64,000 nt of DNA from an uncultured Gammaproteobacteria bacterium. GTDB lineage: Bacteria; Patescibacteriota; Microgenomatia; Daviesbacterales; UBA10151. The stretch is from the NCBI GenBank assembly GCA_964405655.1, contig CAYOOO010000006.1:3671-67670 (forward strand). Reading direction: 5' to 3'. Shown here one piece after another: positions 29,110 to 38,104 of the stretch (positions are counted from its first letter, which is position 1; each line of letters starts with the position of its first letter). The notes beneath the pieces were generated by a model that saw only the letters and a program-made list of their open reading frames with translations, made no database searches and was not told the origin of the DNA. The position numbers and the translations under genes are program-made.

Positions 29110-30716
29110 AAAAATTATTAATTTTTCTAATCATATTATTCATCAGTGTTTTTTTTAGATTTTATAAACTAAATGATTTTCCTCCAAGTTTAAATTGGGA
29201 TGAGGTTTCTTTAGGTTACAACGCCTACTCAATTTTAAAGACTGGCAAAGATGAATGGGGACAGTTTTTACCATTAACCTTTAGAGCTTATGGAGATTAT
29301 AAATTGCCTATTTATATTTATGCAGACGTTCCTTTTGTTGCCCTGTTTGGTTTAAACGAGTGGGGAGTTAGACTCCCTTCTGCTTTAGCAGGATTAGGGA
29401 TTGTGTGTTTAGTTTTTCTAATAATTAAAAAAATAACAGGAAAAAATGATTTAGCACTTTTGGGGATGTTTTTTTCAGCGACATTACCTTGGCTGGTAAT
29501 CTTTTCTAGAATTGCCCTTGAGGCAAATCTAGCACTTCTGTTATTTGTTGCCTCATTTTATTTTTTTATTTTAAGCGAAGAGAAAAAGTACCATCTTATA
29601 ACTTCAGCAGTGCTACTAGGATTATCTTTATTTACTTATAATAGTGCCAGAGTATTGGTTTTACCATTCATAATACTTGTGAGTATACTTTTTTGGAAAT
29701 CGTTTAAAGAAAAATTTAAGTTTTCCTTATTGTCTCTTTTTATCATTATTGCCTTTTTTATTATCGCTTTTCCTCTGGCTATTTTGCAGGACTCGTCTGC
29801 TAGATACAGATGGACCACAATTTTAGATGAAGGAGCTATACAAAGAATCAATGAATTAAGAGGGTCTTCAGCACTACCGCCAATTGCTTCTAAGCTGGCA
29901 TTTAATAAATTGACTTATTTTATTCCTGAGGCTTTTAAAAACTATTTGACTCACTTTAATGCTGATTTTTTATTCCTTAATGGTGGATCGAATTATCAAT
30001 ACTCAGTTCCAGGTAGTGGTTTAGCTCCAATCGTCTTACTCCCCTTGCTAATTTTAGGAATTTTTCAAGTTTTTAGGAAAAAAACAAAATGGCAATATTT
30101 AGTTTTGGGTTGGTTGCTTCTGGCGCCAACACCAGCTGCTATTACTAGAGATGCACCTCACGCATTGAGAACTATTTTTATGAGTGTACCGCTGATAATA
30201 ATTTCCTCCTTAGGTGTTCTATTTATAATTGAGAATTTAAAAATAAAAAAAGTTTTTGTTTATTCCTTTCTTCTAGCAGCAGTACTTATTACTACAACTA
30301 GTTTCTGGATTAACTATACAAAAGTTTATACCAAAAAATATTCCTGGTCATGGCAGTATGGATATAAGCAAGTAATAAATTTTATAAATAAGCAAGGTAA
30401 TAACTATGACAAGATCTACCTTAGTAAAAAGTATGGTGAACCACATGAATTCTTATTGTTTTACTTAAAATATGATCCAAATAAGTATAGGAACGATTCT
30501 AAATTAATTAGATATAAGCGTTCAGATTGGTATTGGGTAGATCAATTTGATAGGTTTGAATTTATAAATGACTGGGAAGTAACTGAAAAAGTTAAAATTA
30601 AAACTGGCAAAGACTTGTTAATAACCAGCCCCGGAAATTACCCAGTTAAAGCTAAGCTAATTAACAGAATCAAATTTCTGGATGGGCAAGATGCTTTTGA
30701 TATTGTTGAACTATGA
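29106..30716 (+). CDS. GT-C fold glycosyltransferase (PMT_2/ArnT-like), paralog 4
   Basis: PPSLNWDEVSLGYNAYSILKTGKDEWG, YGDYKLP, WQYGY. Confidence 0.85.
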   Translation: MKKLLIFLIILFISVFFRFYKLNDFPPSLNWDEVSLGYNAYSILKTGKDEWGQFLPLTFRAYGDYKLPIYIYADVPFVALFGLNEWGVRLPSALAGLGIVCLVFLIIKKITGKNDLALLGMFFSATLPWLVIFSRIALEANLALLLFVASFYFFILSEEKKYHLITSAVLLGLSLFTYNSARVLVLPFIILVSILFWKSFKEKFKFSLLSLFIIIAFFIIAFPLAILQDSSARYRWTTILDEGAIQRINELRGSSALPPIASKLAFNKLTYFIPEAFKNYLTHFNADFLFLNGGSNYQYSVPGSGLAPIVLLPLLILGIFQVFRKKTKWQYLVLGWLLLAPTPAAITRDAPHALRTIFMSVPLIIISSLGVLFIIENLKIKKVFVYSFLLAAVLITTTSFWINYTKVYTKKYSWSWQYGYKQVINFINKQGNNYDKIYLSKKYGEPHEFLLFYLKYDPNKYRNDSKLIRYKRSDWYWVDQFDRFEFINDWEVTEKVKIKTGKDLLITSPGNYPVKAKLINRIKFLDGQDAFDIVEL

Positions 30717-32368
30717 ATTGGATTAGAAAAAACTATCTAATTTTAGTAATTCTGATAATTGCTGCAGTTTTAAGACTTTGGAATATATCAAAAGTTCCTC
30801 CTGGTTTAACTTGGGATGAAGCAGCCTTAGGATATAACTCCTATTCGTTGCTTCTTACAGCTAAAGATGAATATGGGAATTTTTTACCACTAAACCTGAA
30901 GTCCTTTGGTGATTATAAACCCGCTTTTTATTCTTATATCGATATTCCATTTGTTGCCCTACTGGGACTTAATGAACTGGCAGTAAGGCTTCCTTCAGTA
31001 CTTGCTGGTGTTGGCCTTGTATTGGTGGTCTATCTTTTAATCATAGAACTTTTTGGAAATCTTAGGCTTGCTCAACTGGTAGCCTTTATGTTAACAATCT
31101 CACCTCTAGCTATCCAGTTTTCCAGAGTGGCAATTGAATCAAATCTGGCTCTGTTTCTAAATGCACTTGCAACTTATTTCTTTATCAAAGCTAGAAAGAG
31201 TGGATATCTTTATCTGATCTCAGTCTTGCTATTTAGTTTTTCTCTATTTACTTATCAGGCTTCTAGACTGTTTGTACCCATGCTAATACTGGGACTTTTA
31301 TTAGTTTTTAGAAAACAGATAAAGTTAGGTAAGTGGTTAATTGGAGCAGGAACTACCTTAGTGATATTCTTATTTATTTTAGTTTACTCAACTTTTACTC
31401 TAAAACAGTCTGACAGACTGGTTGCAATGAACTTTTTTGCTTATCGTCGTTCTAGTGAGGAAATAAACTTAGTTAGCAAAGAGGATAGTTTAAACAAAGA
31501 TTCTCTAACATTTCAAATTTTGCATGGCGAGTGGTTTACTTATCTTCGGGGACTGACTGAAAGGTATCTGATTTATTTCTCACCAAGAATGCTTTTTATT
31601 GACGGTGATTATAATCCACGTCATCGGGTTCCTGATTTAGGTGTTTTATATTACTTTTCTGCAGTTTTAATCCCCCTAGGAATTATTTGCCTTTTTAAAT
31701 TAAAAAATACAGGCAGTCAACTAGTTTTACTTTGGTTGTTAATTGCTCCACTTCCCGCTGTACTATCTAGAGATTTAATTACATTTTTAAGAGCTTTTAA
31801 TTTAACCCTGCCTTACAGCGTCCTAGAAGGAGCAGGTCTCTATTATCTACTCACCTTAATCTTAAGTAAAAAAAGATCGCTCTTTTTACCTACTCTGGGA
31901 ATAGTCGGGTTTGTAATTCTTGTAAACCTATTTGTCTATTTAGATAGATTTTATGTGCATATGCCAAAACAATATTCACAGGGTTGGTTATATGGTTATC
32001 GTGAAGTTTTCAATGACCTTAAAACAAGAACTGACCTTAATAAATATAATAAGGTAGTTATGACTGATAAATACGGTCAACCCTATATTTATTACCTTTT
32101 CTATACTAAGTACCTCCCCCAAAATTTTCAGAAGCAGGCTAAACTAGATCAACCAACAGTTGATGTTGGGACAGTCAGAAGTATCGATAATATTGAATTT
32201 AGACATGTATATTGGCCAAAGGATCGCGGAGAAACAAACAGCTTATTTATAGGAAGCCTAGAAGAATTACCTGATCAAGATACCAAACCCTTCTCTGAGT
32301 ATAAGATTTTAAATGATTATTATTTTCTTGATGGACAGCATGCTTTTAGAGTTCTTGAATCAAAATGA
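30713..32368 (+). CDS. GT-C fold glycosyltransferase (PMT_2/ArnT-like), paralog 5
   Basis: PPGLTWDEAALGYNSYS, FGDYKP, WLYGY. Confidence 0.85.
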   Translation: MNWIRKNYLILVILIIAAVLRLWNISKVPPGLTWDEAALGYNSYSLLLTAKDEYGNFLPLNLKSFGDYKPAFYSYIDIPFVALLGLNELAVRLPSVLAGVGLVLVVYLLIIELFGNLRLAQLVAFMLTISPLAIQFSRVAIESNLALFLNALATYFFIKARKSGYLYLISVLLFSFSLFTYQASRLFVPMLILGLLLVFRKQIKLGKWLIGAGTTLVIFLFILVYSTFTLKQSDRLVAMNFFAYRRSSEEINLVSKEDSLNKDSLTFQILHGEWFTYLRGLTERYLIYFSPRMLFIDGDYNPRHRVPDLGVLYYFSAVLIPLGIICLFKLKNTGSQLVLLWLLIAPLPAVLSRDLITFLRAFNLTLPYSVLEGAGLYYLLTLILSKKRSLFLPTLGIVGFVILVNLFVYLDRFYVHMPKQYSQGWLYGYREVFNDLKTRTDLNKYNKVVMTDKYGQPYIYYLFYTKYLPQNFQKQAKLDQPTVDVGTVRSIDNIEFRHVYWPKDRGETNSLFIGSLEELPDQDTKPFSEYKILNDYYFLDGQHAFRVLESK

Positions 32369-33975
32369 AAATTAAGGCTTTCCTAATTTTAGTAATTATC
32401 TTGGCAGCAATTTTAAGACTTTGGGACTTAACAAACTATCCAGCTGGCTTTAATGCGGATGAGGCAAGTATCGGTTACAATGCTTATTCTATTTTAAAAA
32501 CAGGTAGGGATGAATACGGACAGTTCTTACCTCTTAACTTCAAGTCTTTTGGAGACTATAAACCAGGTTTGTATTTCTATTTTGTCATCCCATTTATTTG
32601 GCTCCTGGGTTTAGCTGAATTTGCAGTCAGACTACCCTCAGCAATCTTAGGAATTGCAACAGTTTATTTAATTTATTTTTTATCAAAACAGATATTTAAC
32701 AATAAAAATATCGCTCTGTTATCAGCTTTTCTTTTAGCTATTACACCTTGGCATATTCATTTTTCCAGAGGTGGTTGGGAATCTAATGCTGCTACATTTT
32801 TTATAACACTTGGTTTCCTACTATTTCTCAAAGGTTTAGAAAAAGCCAATTTTTTATTTTGGAGTTTACTTAGTTTTCTGATTTCAATTTATTTATATCA
32901 AAGTCCAAGATTATTAGTCCCCCTCTTTTTAATTAGCTTAATATTTCTTTACAATAGACATCTTTTAAAGAAACTAAAAAATTTAACCATCTTTATTCCA
33001 ATTTTATTTATACTTTCTCTACCGCTTTTTGGTGAATTTTTAACTGGTCAAGGAGCTGCTAGATTCTCAGGCTTATCTTTTTTATCTGATCCGGGTCCAG
33101 GATCAAGAACAAATGAGTTACGTGGCCAACATTTAAATCCAAGTTCCCTATATTCAATTATTTTACATAACAAATTTACTTCATACGGTCCAAGTTTCTT
33201 AGGTCATTACTTAGACCATTTCTCATCTCAGTTCCTATTTATTAGGGGGGAGGACGTTATTAGAAATAAAGTTCCCGAAACAGGCCAATTTTATCTAGTC
33301 CAGGCAATGTTTCTAATATTGGGGATAATGTATCTTACAAGATCTAAATTAGAACATAAAAAACTTTTACTTGCTTGGTTAATTATTTCTCCGACTGCTT
33401 CAGCAATGACTTTTCAAACACCGAATGCTTTAAGGTCACTAAACATGGTAATACCTTTTAGTTTGATTATGGGAGTAGGTTTATACTATCTTATTACGAT
33501 CACTAAAAAAAAGCTTCGGTTTTTGATTGCTTTTATAATATTTTTCATACTTGGATTTGAGGTTATCCACTATTTAGAGTCATATTATATGCACTATCCT
33601 AAAAGATATCCTTTAGCTTGGGAATATGGATTTAAACAAATGGTTAGCAAATTATCTATCAAGCAACCGCTATATAATAATGTAGTTATTACAGATCGTT
33701 ACGATCAACCCTACATACTCCTGCTCTTTTATCAAAAGTTTGATCCTGTCAAATATCAACCTCAAGCCAGGCTCTCTATAAGAGACAAGTTTAATTTTGG
33801 GACTATTAGATCTTTTGATAAATACCAGTTTAGACAAATTGACCCTAAGGAGATCAAAAATGCTAAAGATACCTTGTTTATAGGTAGCGAAAAAGAGATC
33901 CCAAAAGATGCTAATATTATCGATAGAGTTGACTTTCCGAATGGTCAACCAGCCTTTTTATTTGTCGGAACATAA
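32365..33975 (+). CDS. GT-C fold glycosyltransferase (PMT_2/ArnT-like), paralog 6
   Basis: PAGFNADEASIGYNAYSILKTGRDEYG, FGDYKPG, TPWHIHFSR, WEYGF. Confidence 0.85.
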   Translation: MKIKAFLILVIILAAILRLWDLTNYPAGFNADEASIGYNAYSILKTGRDEYGQFLPLNFKSFGDYKPGLYFYFVIPFIWLLGLAEFAVRLPSAILGIATVYLIYFLSKQIFNNKNIALLSAFLLAITPWHIHFSRGGWESNAATFFITLGFLLFLKGLEKANFLFWSLLSFLISIYLYQSPRLLVPLFLISLIFLYNRHLLKKLKNLTIFIPILFILSLPLFGEFLTGQGAARFSGLSFLSDPGPGSRTNELRGQHLNPSSLYSIILHNKFTSYGPSFLGHYLDHFSSQFLFIRGEDVIRNKVPETGQFYLVQAMFLILGIMYLTRSKLEHKKLLLAWLIISPTASAMTFQTPNALRSLNMVIPFSLIMGVGLYYLITITKKKLRFLIAFIIFFILGFEVIHYLESYYMHYPKRYPLAWEYGFKQMVSKLSIKQPLYNNVVITDRYDQPYILLLFYQKFDPVKYQPQARLSIRDKFNFGTIRSFDKYQFRQIDPKEIKNAKDTLFIGSEKEIPKDANIIDRVDFPNGQPAFLFVGT

Positions 33976-33979
33976 ATAA

Positions 33980-34840
33980 ATGACTAAATTGTCTGTCACT
34001 ATAGCTACTTTTAATGAAGAAGAAAACATAAAGAGTTGTTTAAAAACTGTTAAAGATATTGCCGATGAAATTGTGGTAGTTGATGGGGGATCGGTTGATC
34101 GCACAGTAGAGATCGCTAAAGAATTTAATGCAAAAGTTACAGTTACGGATAATCCCCCCAACTTTCATATTAATAAACAAAAAGCTAATGATTTGGCAGA
34201 AAACGATTGGATCTTACAACTTGATGCAGATGAACGGGTTACTGCTACACTTGATAGAGAGATAAAAAATGTCATTAGAATGGGGGTAGAGGAATTAGAA
34301 GATTACCAAGCATCTTTAAAGAATAAAAAACTTTTTTTAAGGCACCAAAAACTGCTTGAGGAAAGAGATGGAAAAATAGGAATAGATCAAGGAGAATTTG
34401 TGGCTTTTTTTGTTCCAAGGGCAAATTACTTCTTGGGAAAATACTTAAGATATGGGGGAGTTTATCCTGATGGAGTGATCCGTCTATTTAAGAAGGATAA
34501 GGCGTTTTTACCCTGTAAAAGTGTCCATGAACAGTACCAAGTTGATGGTAGAGTTGGTTGGTTGCAAAATAACCTACTTCATATCGATTCACCGACATTC
34601 AAACGTTATTTACAAAGAAACAACCGATATATTAGCTTGATTGTTAGAGATTTGGCTAGAGAACGAGTGAAAAAAAATATTTGGCAACTTTTAAATTATT
34701 GTTTAATCAAACCAGTTTGGTGGTTTATAAAAACTCAACTAATTCACAAAGGAATATTGGATGGGATACCGGGGGTAATTTTCTCTTTTTTCTCTGCCTT
34801 GAGATTCCCAAGGGCTTACATTAAATATTTATTAACATGA
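33980..34840 (+). CDS. GT2 glycosyltransferase (KdtX-like)
   Basis: TFNEEENI, VDGGSVDRT, LQLDADE, YPDGVIRLF, SVHE, GILDGIPG. Confidence 0.9.
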   Translation: MTKLSVTIATFNEEENIKSCLKTVKDIADEIVVVDGGSVDRTVEIAKEFNAKVTVTDNPPNFHINKQKANDLAENDWILQLDADERVTATLDREIKNVIRMGVEELEDYQASLKNKKLFLRHQKLLEERDGKIGIDQGEFVAFFVPRANYFLGKYLRYGGVYPDGVIRLFKKDKAFLPCKSVHEQYQVDGRVGWLQNNLLHIDSPTFKRYLQRNNRYISLIVRDLARERVKKNIWQLLNYCLIKPVWWFIKTQLIHKGILDGIPGVIFSFFSALRFPRAYIKYLLT

Positions 34841-35889
34841 GTAAGATCAAAGTTGGTTTAGATATTAGTAGAATGAATCCTTTAAGTCTTAATAGAGGAA
34901 TTGGCTACTATACTAGGAATCTTTTTGAATCTCTCAAAAACATAAGTAACCTTGAGGTTTTATTGATAGAGGATCAAAATCAGATTAGGGAAGATTTAGA
35001 TCTAATTCACTACCCATTTTTTGATTTTTTTTCATCTACCTTACCACTCAAAAAAAGTTCACCAACAATAGTTACTATCCATGATGTTACTCCTTTAGTT
35101 TTTCCTAAACATTACCCCGCAGGCATTAAGGGTAGGATTAATTTAGAGAGACAAAAATTATCACTTAGATCAGTTAAAGCTGTAATTACTGATTCTCTTT
35201 CTTCTAAGTTTGATATTAAAAAAACTTTAAAAGTTGCAGAAGATAAGATTTTTCCAATTTATCTTGCGCCGGCTAAGAAATTTAAATCAATAGATGATCA
35301 ACAAAGATTAAAACTGGTCAAAATCAAATATGACCTTCCGGAATCTTTTGCATTATTTGTTGGCAATATTAACTGGAATAAGAATTTGTTGAATTTAACG
35401 GAGGGTTGTTTGGACAGCGGAACTGATCTCGTTTTGGTAGGTAGCGCATTCGGAACCAGAAATAGCCTTTCTCATCCAGAACTTGCCAGTTTCAAATTAT
35501 GGCTAGAAAAATATTCAACTAATCCGAAAGTGCATATACTGGACAACTATCCAGAGGATGAAATTGTGGAAATTTATAATATTGCCAATGTTTTGCTCCT
35601 TCTGTCTTTTTATGAAGGATTCGGGTTGACAATTCTTGAGGCACAAGCTTGTGGTACACCTGTAATTACAAGTAACACATCTTCTATGCCAGAAGTTGCA
35701 GGTGAAGGTGCGGCTTTGGTTGACCCTGAAAATGTTAATGAAATAAGTAGCGCTATTGAAAGCATTATTTCAAATAAATCCCTAAAAGAAAATTTTATGA
35801 AAAGAGGATTTAAAAACATCAAAAGATTTTCTTGGGATAAAACTGCTCTTTTAACTGCAGAAGTTTATGAAAGAGTTCTTAATAGTTAA
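34837..35889 (+). CDS. GT4 glycosyltransferase (MtfB/WbaZ-like)
   Basis: GIGYY, VTIHD, YEGFGLTILEAQACG, SSMPEVAG, FSW. Confidence 0.92.
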   Translation: MSKIKVGLDISRMNPLSLNRGIGYYTRNLFESLKNISNLEVLLIEDQNQIREDLDLIHYPFFDFFSSTLPLKKSSPTIVTIHDVTPLVFPKHYPAGIKGRINLERQKLSLRSVKAVITDSLSSKFDIKKTLKVAEDKIFPIYLAPAKKFKSIDDQQRLKLVKIKYDLPESFALFVGNINWNKNLLNLTEGCLDSGTDLVLVGSAFGTRNSLSHPELASFKLWLEKYSTNPKVHILDNYPEDEIVEIYNIANVLLLLSFYEGFGLTILEAQACGTPVITSNTSSMPEVAGEGAALVDPENVNEISSAIESIISNKSLKENFMKRGFKNIKRFSWDKTALLTAEVYERVLNS

Positions 35890-37015
35890 AACGCTGGTTG
35901 TTTTTTTCTTCACCTGGAGAGTTAGTTTATTCATAGTTAGCCTTGTGGCTACTTTAGTCATAGTAAAATTTGGTGCCAGATTTCCTTATTATAACGAGAT
36001 TTTGGTAAGCACAGGACTTCCCTCATGGATTTGGGGATTTGGTAATTTTGATGGCGTCCATTATTTAAATATCGCAAAATCAGGATACTCCGCCCAATTT
36101 ACTCAAGTTTTTTTCCCTTTATTTCCAATGTTGATAAATTTTTTTAATTTCTTTCAAAATTACTTCCTAACAGGATTGCTTATTGCAAATCTATTCTTTC
36201 TTCTCTCCATTATTTCTCTATATAAATTATTTAGGTTAGATTTCGATAAAGATATTAGTTTAAAAGCTGTAATTCTTTTGTTAACATTTCCAACTGCCTT
36301 TTATTTTGGTGCTATCTATTCGGAATCATTATTTTTGTTGTTATCAGTTCTGGCTTTTTATCTGCTTCGGAAGAAAGAATTCTTTCTTTCTGGGGTATTT
36401 ATTGCCCTAGCTACAGCTACCAGAATATTTGGGATTCTTTTGGTGATTGCTTATATTATAGAATTTTATTATGCAGTTAAAGAAAGACAGATTAAATTTA
36501 TAACATTACAGGCAGTTAAACCTCTACTCGGTTTACTGATTTCTCCATTAGGTCTAATTACCTATATGGCCTATCTCAAAATAAATTTTAATGATCCCTT
36601 ATATTTTTTAAATGCTCAACCTATTTTTGGAGCTGAAAGAACCAATCTCCCTTTTGTCTTATTGCCACAGGTAATTTTTAGATATATAAAAATTCTTCTA
36701 AGTATAAACGTCTTATCTTTACCTTTTTTAAATGCCCTACTTGAACTTATATTTACTCTTATTCCTTTATTTTCATTAATTTTTATCTTTAAAAAAATCA
36801 GATTTAGTTACTGGGTATTTTCCTTTAGTTGTCTGATATTACCTACACTAACAGGAACTCTTTCATCGATGCCCCGGTACTCATTGATGATGTTCTTATC
36901 ACTCCCACTTATTGCTATTCTAGTTAAAAGAAATATATGGATTTTATATTTAACCTTCACACTTATCCAAGCTGTATTATTAACTTTATTTATTAGAGGC
37001 TACTGGGTGGCTTAG
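35867..37015 (+). CDS. PIG-V-like (GT76) GT-C mannosyltransferase
   Basis: NFDGVHYLNIAKSGY, FFPLFP, FP.AFYFGAIYSESLF, ATATRIFG, SMPRY. Confidence 0.82.
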   Translation: MKEFLIVKTLVVFFFTWRVSLFIVSLVATLVIVKFGARFPYYNEILVSTGLPSWIWGFGNFDGVHYLNIAKSGYSAQFTQVFFPLFPMLINFFNFFQNYFLTGLLIANLFFLLSIISLYKLFRLDFDKDISLKAVILLLTFPTAFYFGAIYSESLFLLLSVLAFYLLRKKEFFLSGVFIALATATRIFGILLVIAYIIEFYYAVKERQIKFITLQAVKPLLGLLISPLGLITYMAYLKINFNDPLYFLNAQPIFGAERTNLPFVLLPQVIFRYIKILLSINVLSLPFLNALLELIFTLIPLFSLIFIFKKIRFSYWVFSFSCLILPTLTGTLSSMPRYSLMMFLSLPLIAILVKRNIWILYLTFTLIQAVLLTLFIRGYWVA

Positions 37016-37019
37016 GTAA

Positions 37020-37048
37020 TTGAAATGTGGATTATTAAGAAGTATATT
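37020..37048 (+). promoter_or_regulatory. Putative sigma70 promoter
   Basis: TTGAAA-17 nt-TATATT, 10 nt before the ATG at 37059. Confidence 0.5.
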
Positions 37049-37058
37049 TTCAAGATAG

Positions 37059-37736
37059 ATGAAGAAAGGACTTATTCTAATTCCTGCATTTAATGAGGAA
37101 AAAACAATTGGTCAGGTTTTAAAAAAGATACCGAGAAGAGTACTTGGTCTACCTGTTGAAGTATTAGTTGTTGACGATGGTTCTTCAGACCAAACCGAAC
37201 TCGAAGCCATAAAATATAATTCCCATGTTTTATCCCATCCGATCAACCGAGGTTTAGGTGCAGCTTTAGGAACAGGTTTCGTTTATGCAAAGGAATCAGA
37301 TTATGATTTTCTGGTAACTTTAGATGCTGATGGGCAGCATGATCCAACAGAGATCCCAAAACTAGTTAAACCAATTCTATTAAACCAAGCTGATTTTGTA
37401 GTAGGAACCAGGGTGCTTAAGAAAGGAATGCCAATTTATCGGAAAGTTCTAACATTCTTTGCCTCCATGATTACTTTGTTGTTTACAGGAATTTGGACAA
37501 CTGACTCTCAATCAGGATTTAGAGCTTTCTCAAAAGAGGCTATAGAAAAAATTAATATTGAAGTAGATAGAATGGAGGTATCGTCTGATCTTTTTAATCA
37601 ATCACGCGAGAAAAGATTGAAGATTATTGAAGTTCCAATTAAACCAATCTACACTCAGTATTCTAATACAAAGGGGCAGAATTTTTTGAATTCTTTTAAT
37701 ATAATAGGGAAGTTAATATTACAGAAGGTCAGATGA
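37059..37736 (+). CDS. Polyprenyl-phosphate-sugar synthase (DPM1/PpgS-like GT2)
   Basis: PAFNEE, VDDGSSD, NRGLGAAL, LDADGQH, TDSQSGFRA. No TM helices. Confidence 0.88.
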   Translation: MKKGLILIPAFNEEKTIGQVLKKIPRRVLGLPVEVLVVDDGSSDQTELEAIKYNSHVLSHPINRGLGAALGTGFVYAKESDYDFLVTLDADGQHDPTEIPKLVKPILLNQADFVVGTRVLKKGMPIYRKVLTFFASMITLLFTGIWTTDSQSGFRAFSKEAIEKINIEVDRMEVSSDLFNQSREKRLKIIEVPIKPIYTQYSNTKGQNFLNSFNIIGKLILQKVR

Positions 37737-38104
37737 GTATAAATATGTACCAAATCTTATTACAAATTCTGGCAGCAATTTTTACACTGTTTGCCTTAAG
37801 TAGAGCATATTTGCGCTTTAAGGAAAGAAAGTTATCGTCATTTGCTTTTATTTTCTGGTTTATCGTCTGGATAGCTGGGGTACTGGCAATTCTTTTTCCA
37901 GAGACAACAACTCAATTATCAAGATTAGTAGGAATAGGTAGAGGAGCCGACGCCATTCTTTATGCCTCAATTGTTGTCATCTTTTATATGATATTTAGAA
38001 TTTATATTCGTATTGAAGATACTCAAAAGCAAATAACGGAAGTTTCTAGAAAAGTTGCTCTCCTTAATGCCTCCAGGAAGAAGAAAAAAACAGCTAAGGG
38101 ATGA
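37733..38104 (+). CDS. DUF2304 small membrane protein
   Basis: Three TM helices, FP...LSRLVGIGRGAD motif and C-terminal ITEVSRKVAL. Coupled to a DPM1-like GT2. Confidence 0.8.
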   Translation: MSINMYQILLQILAAIFTLFALSRAYLRFKERKLSSFAFIFWFIVWIAGVLAILFPETTTQLSRLVGIGRGADAILYASIVVIFYMIFRIYIRIEDTQKQITEVSRKVALLNASRKKKKTAKG

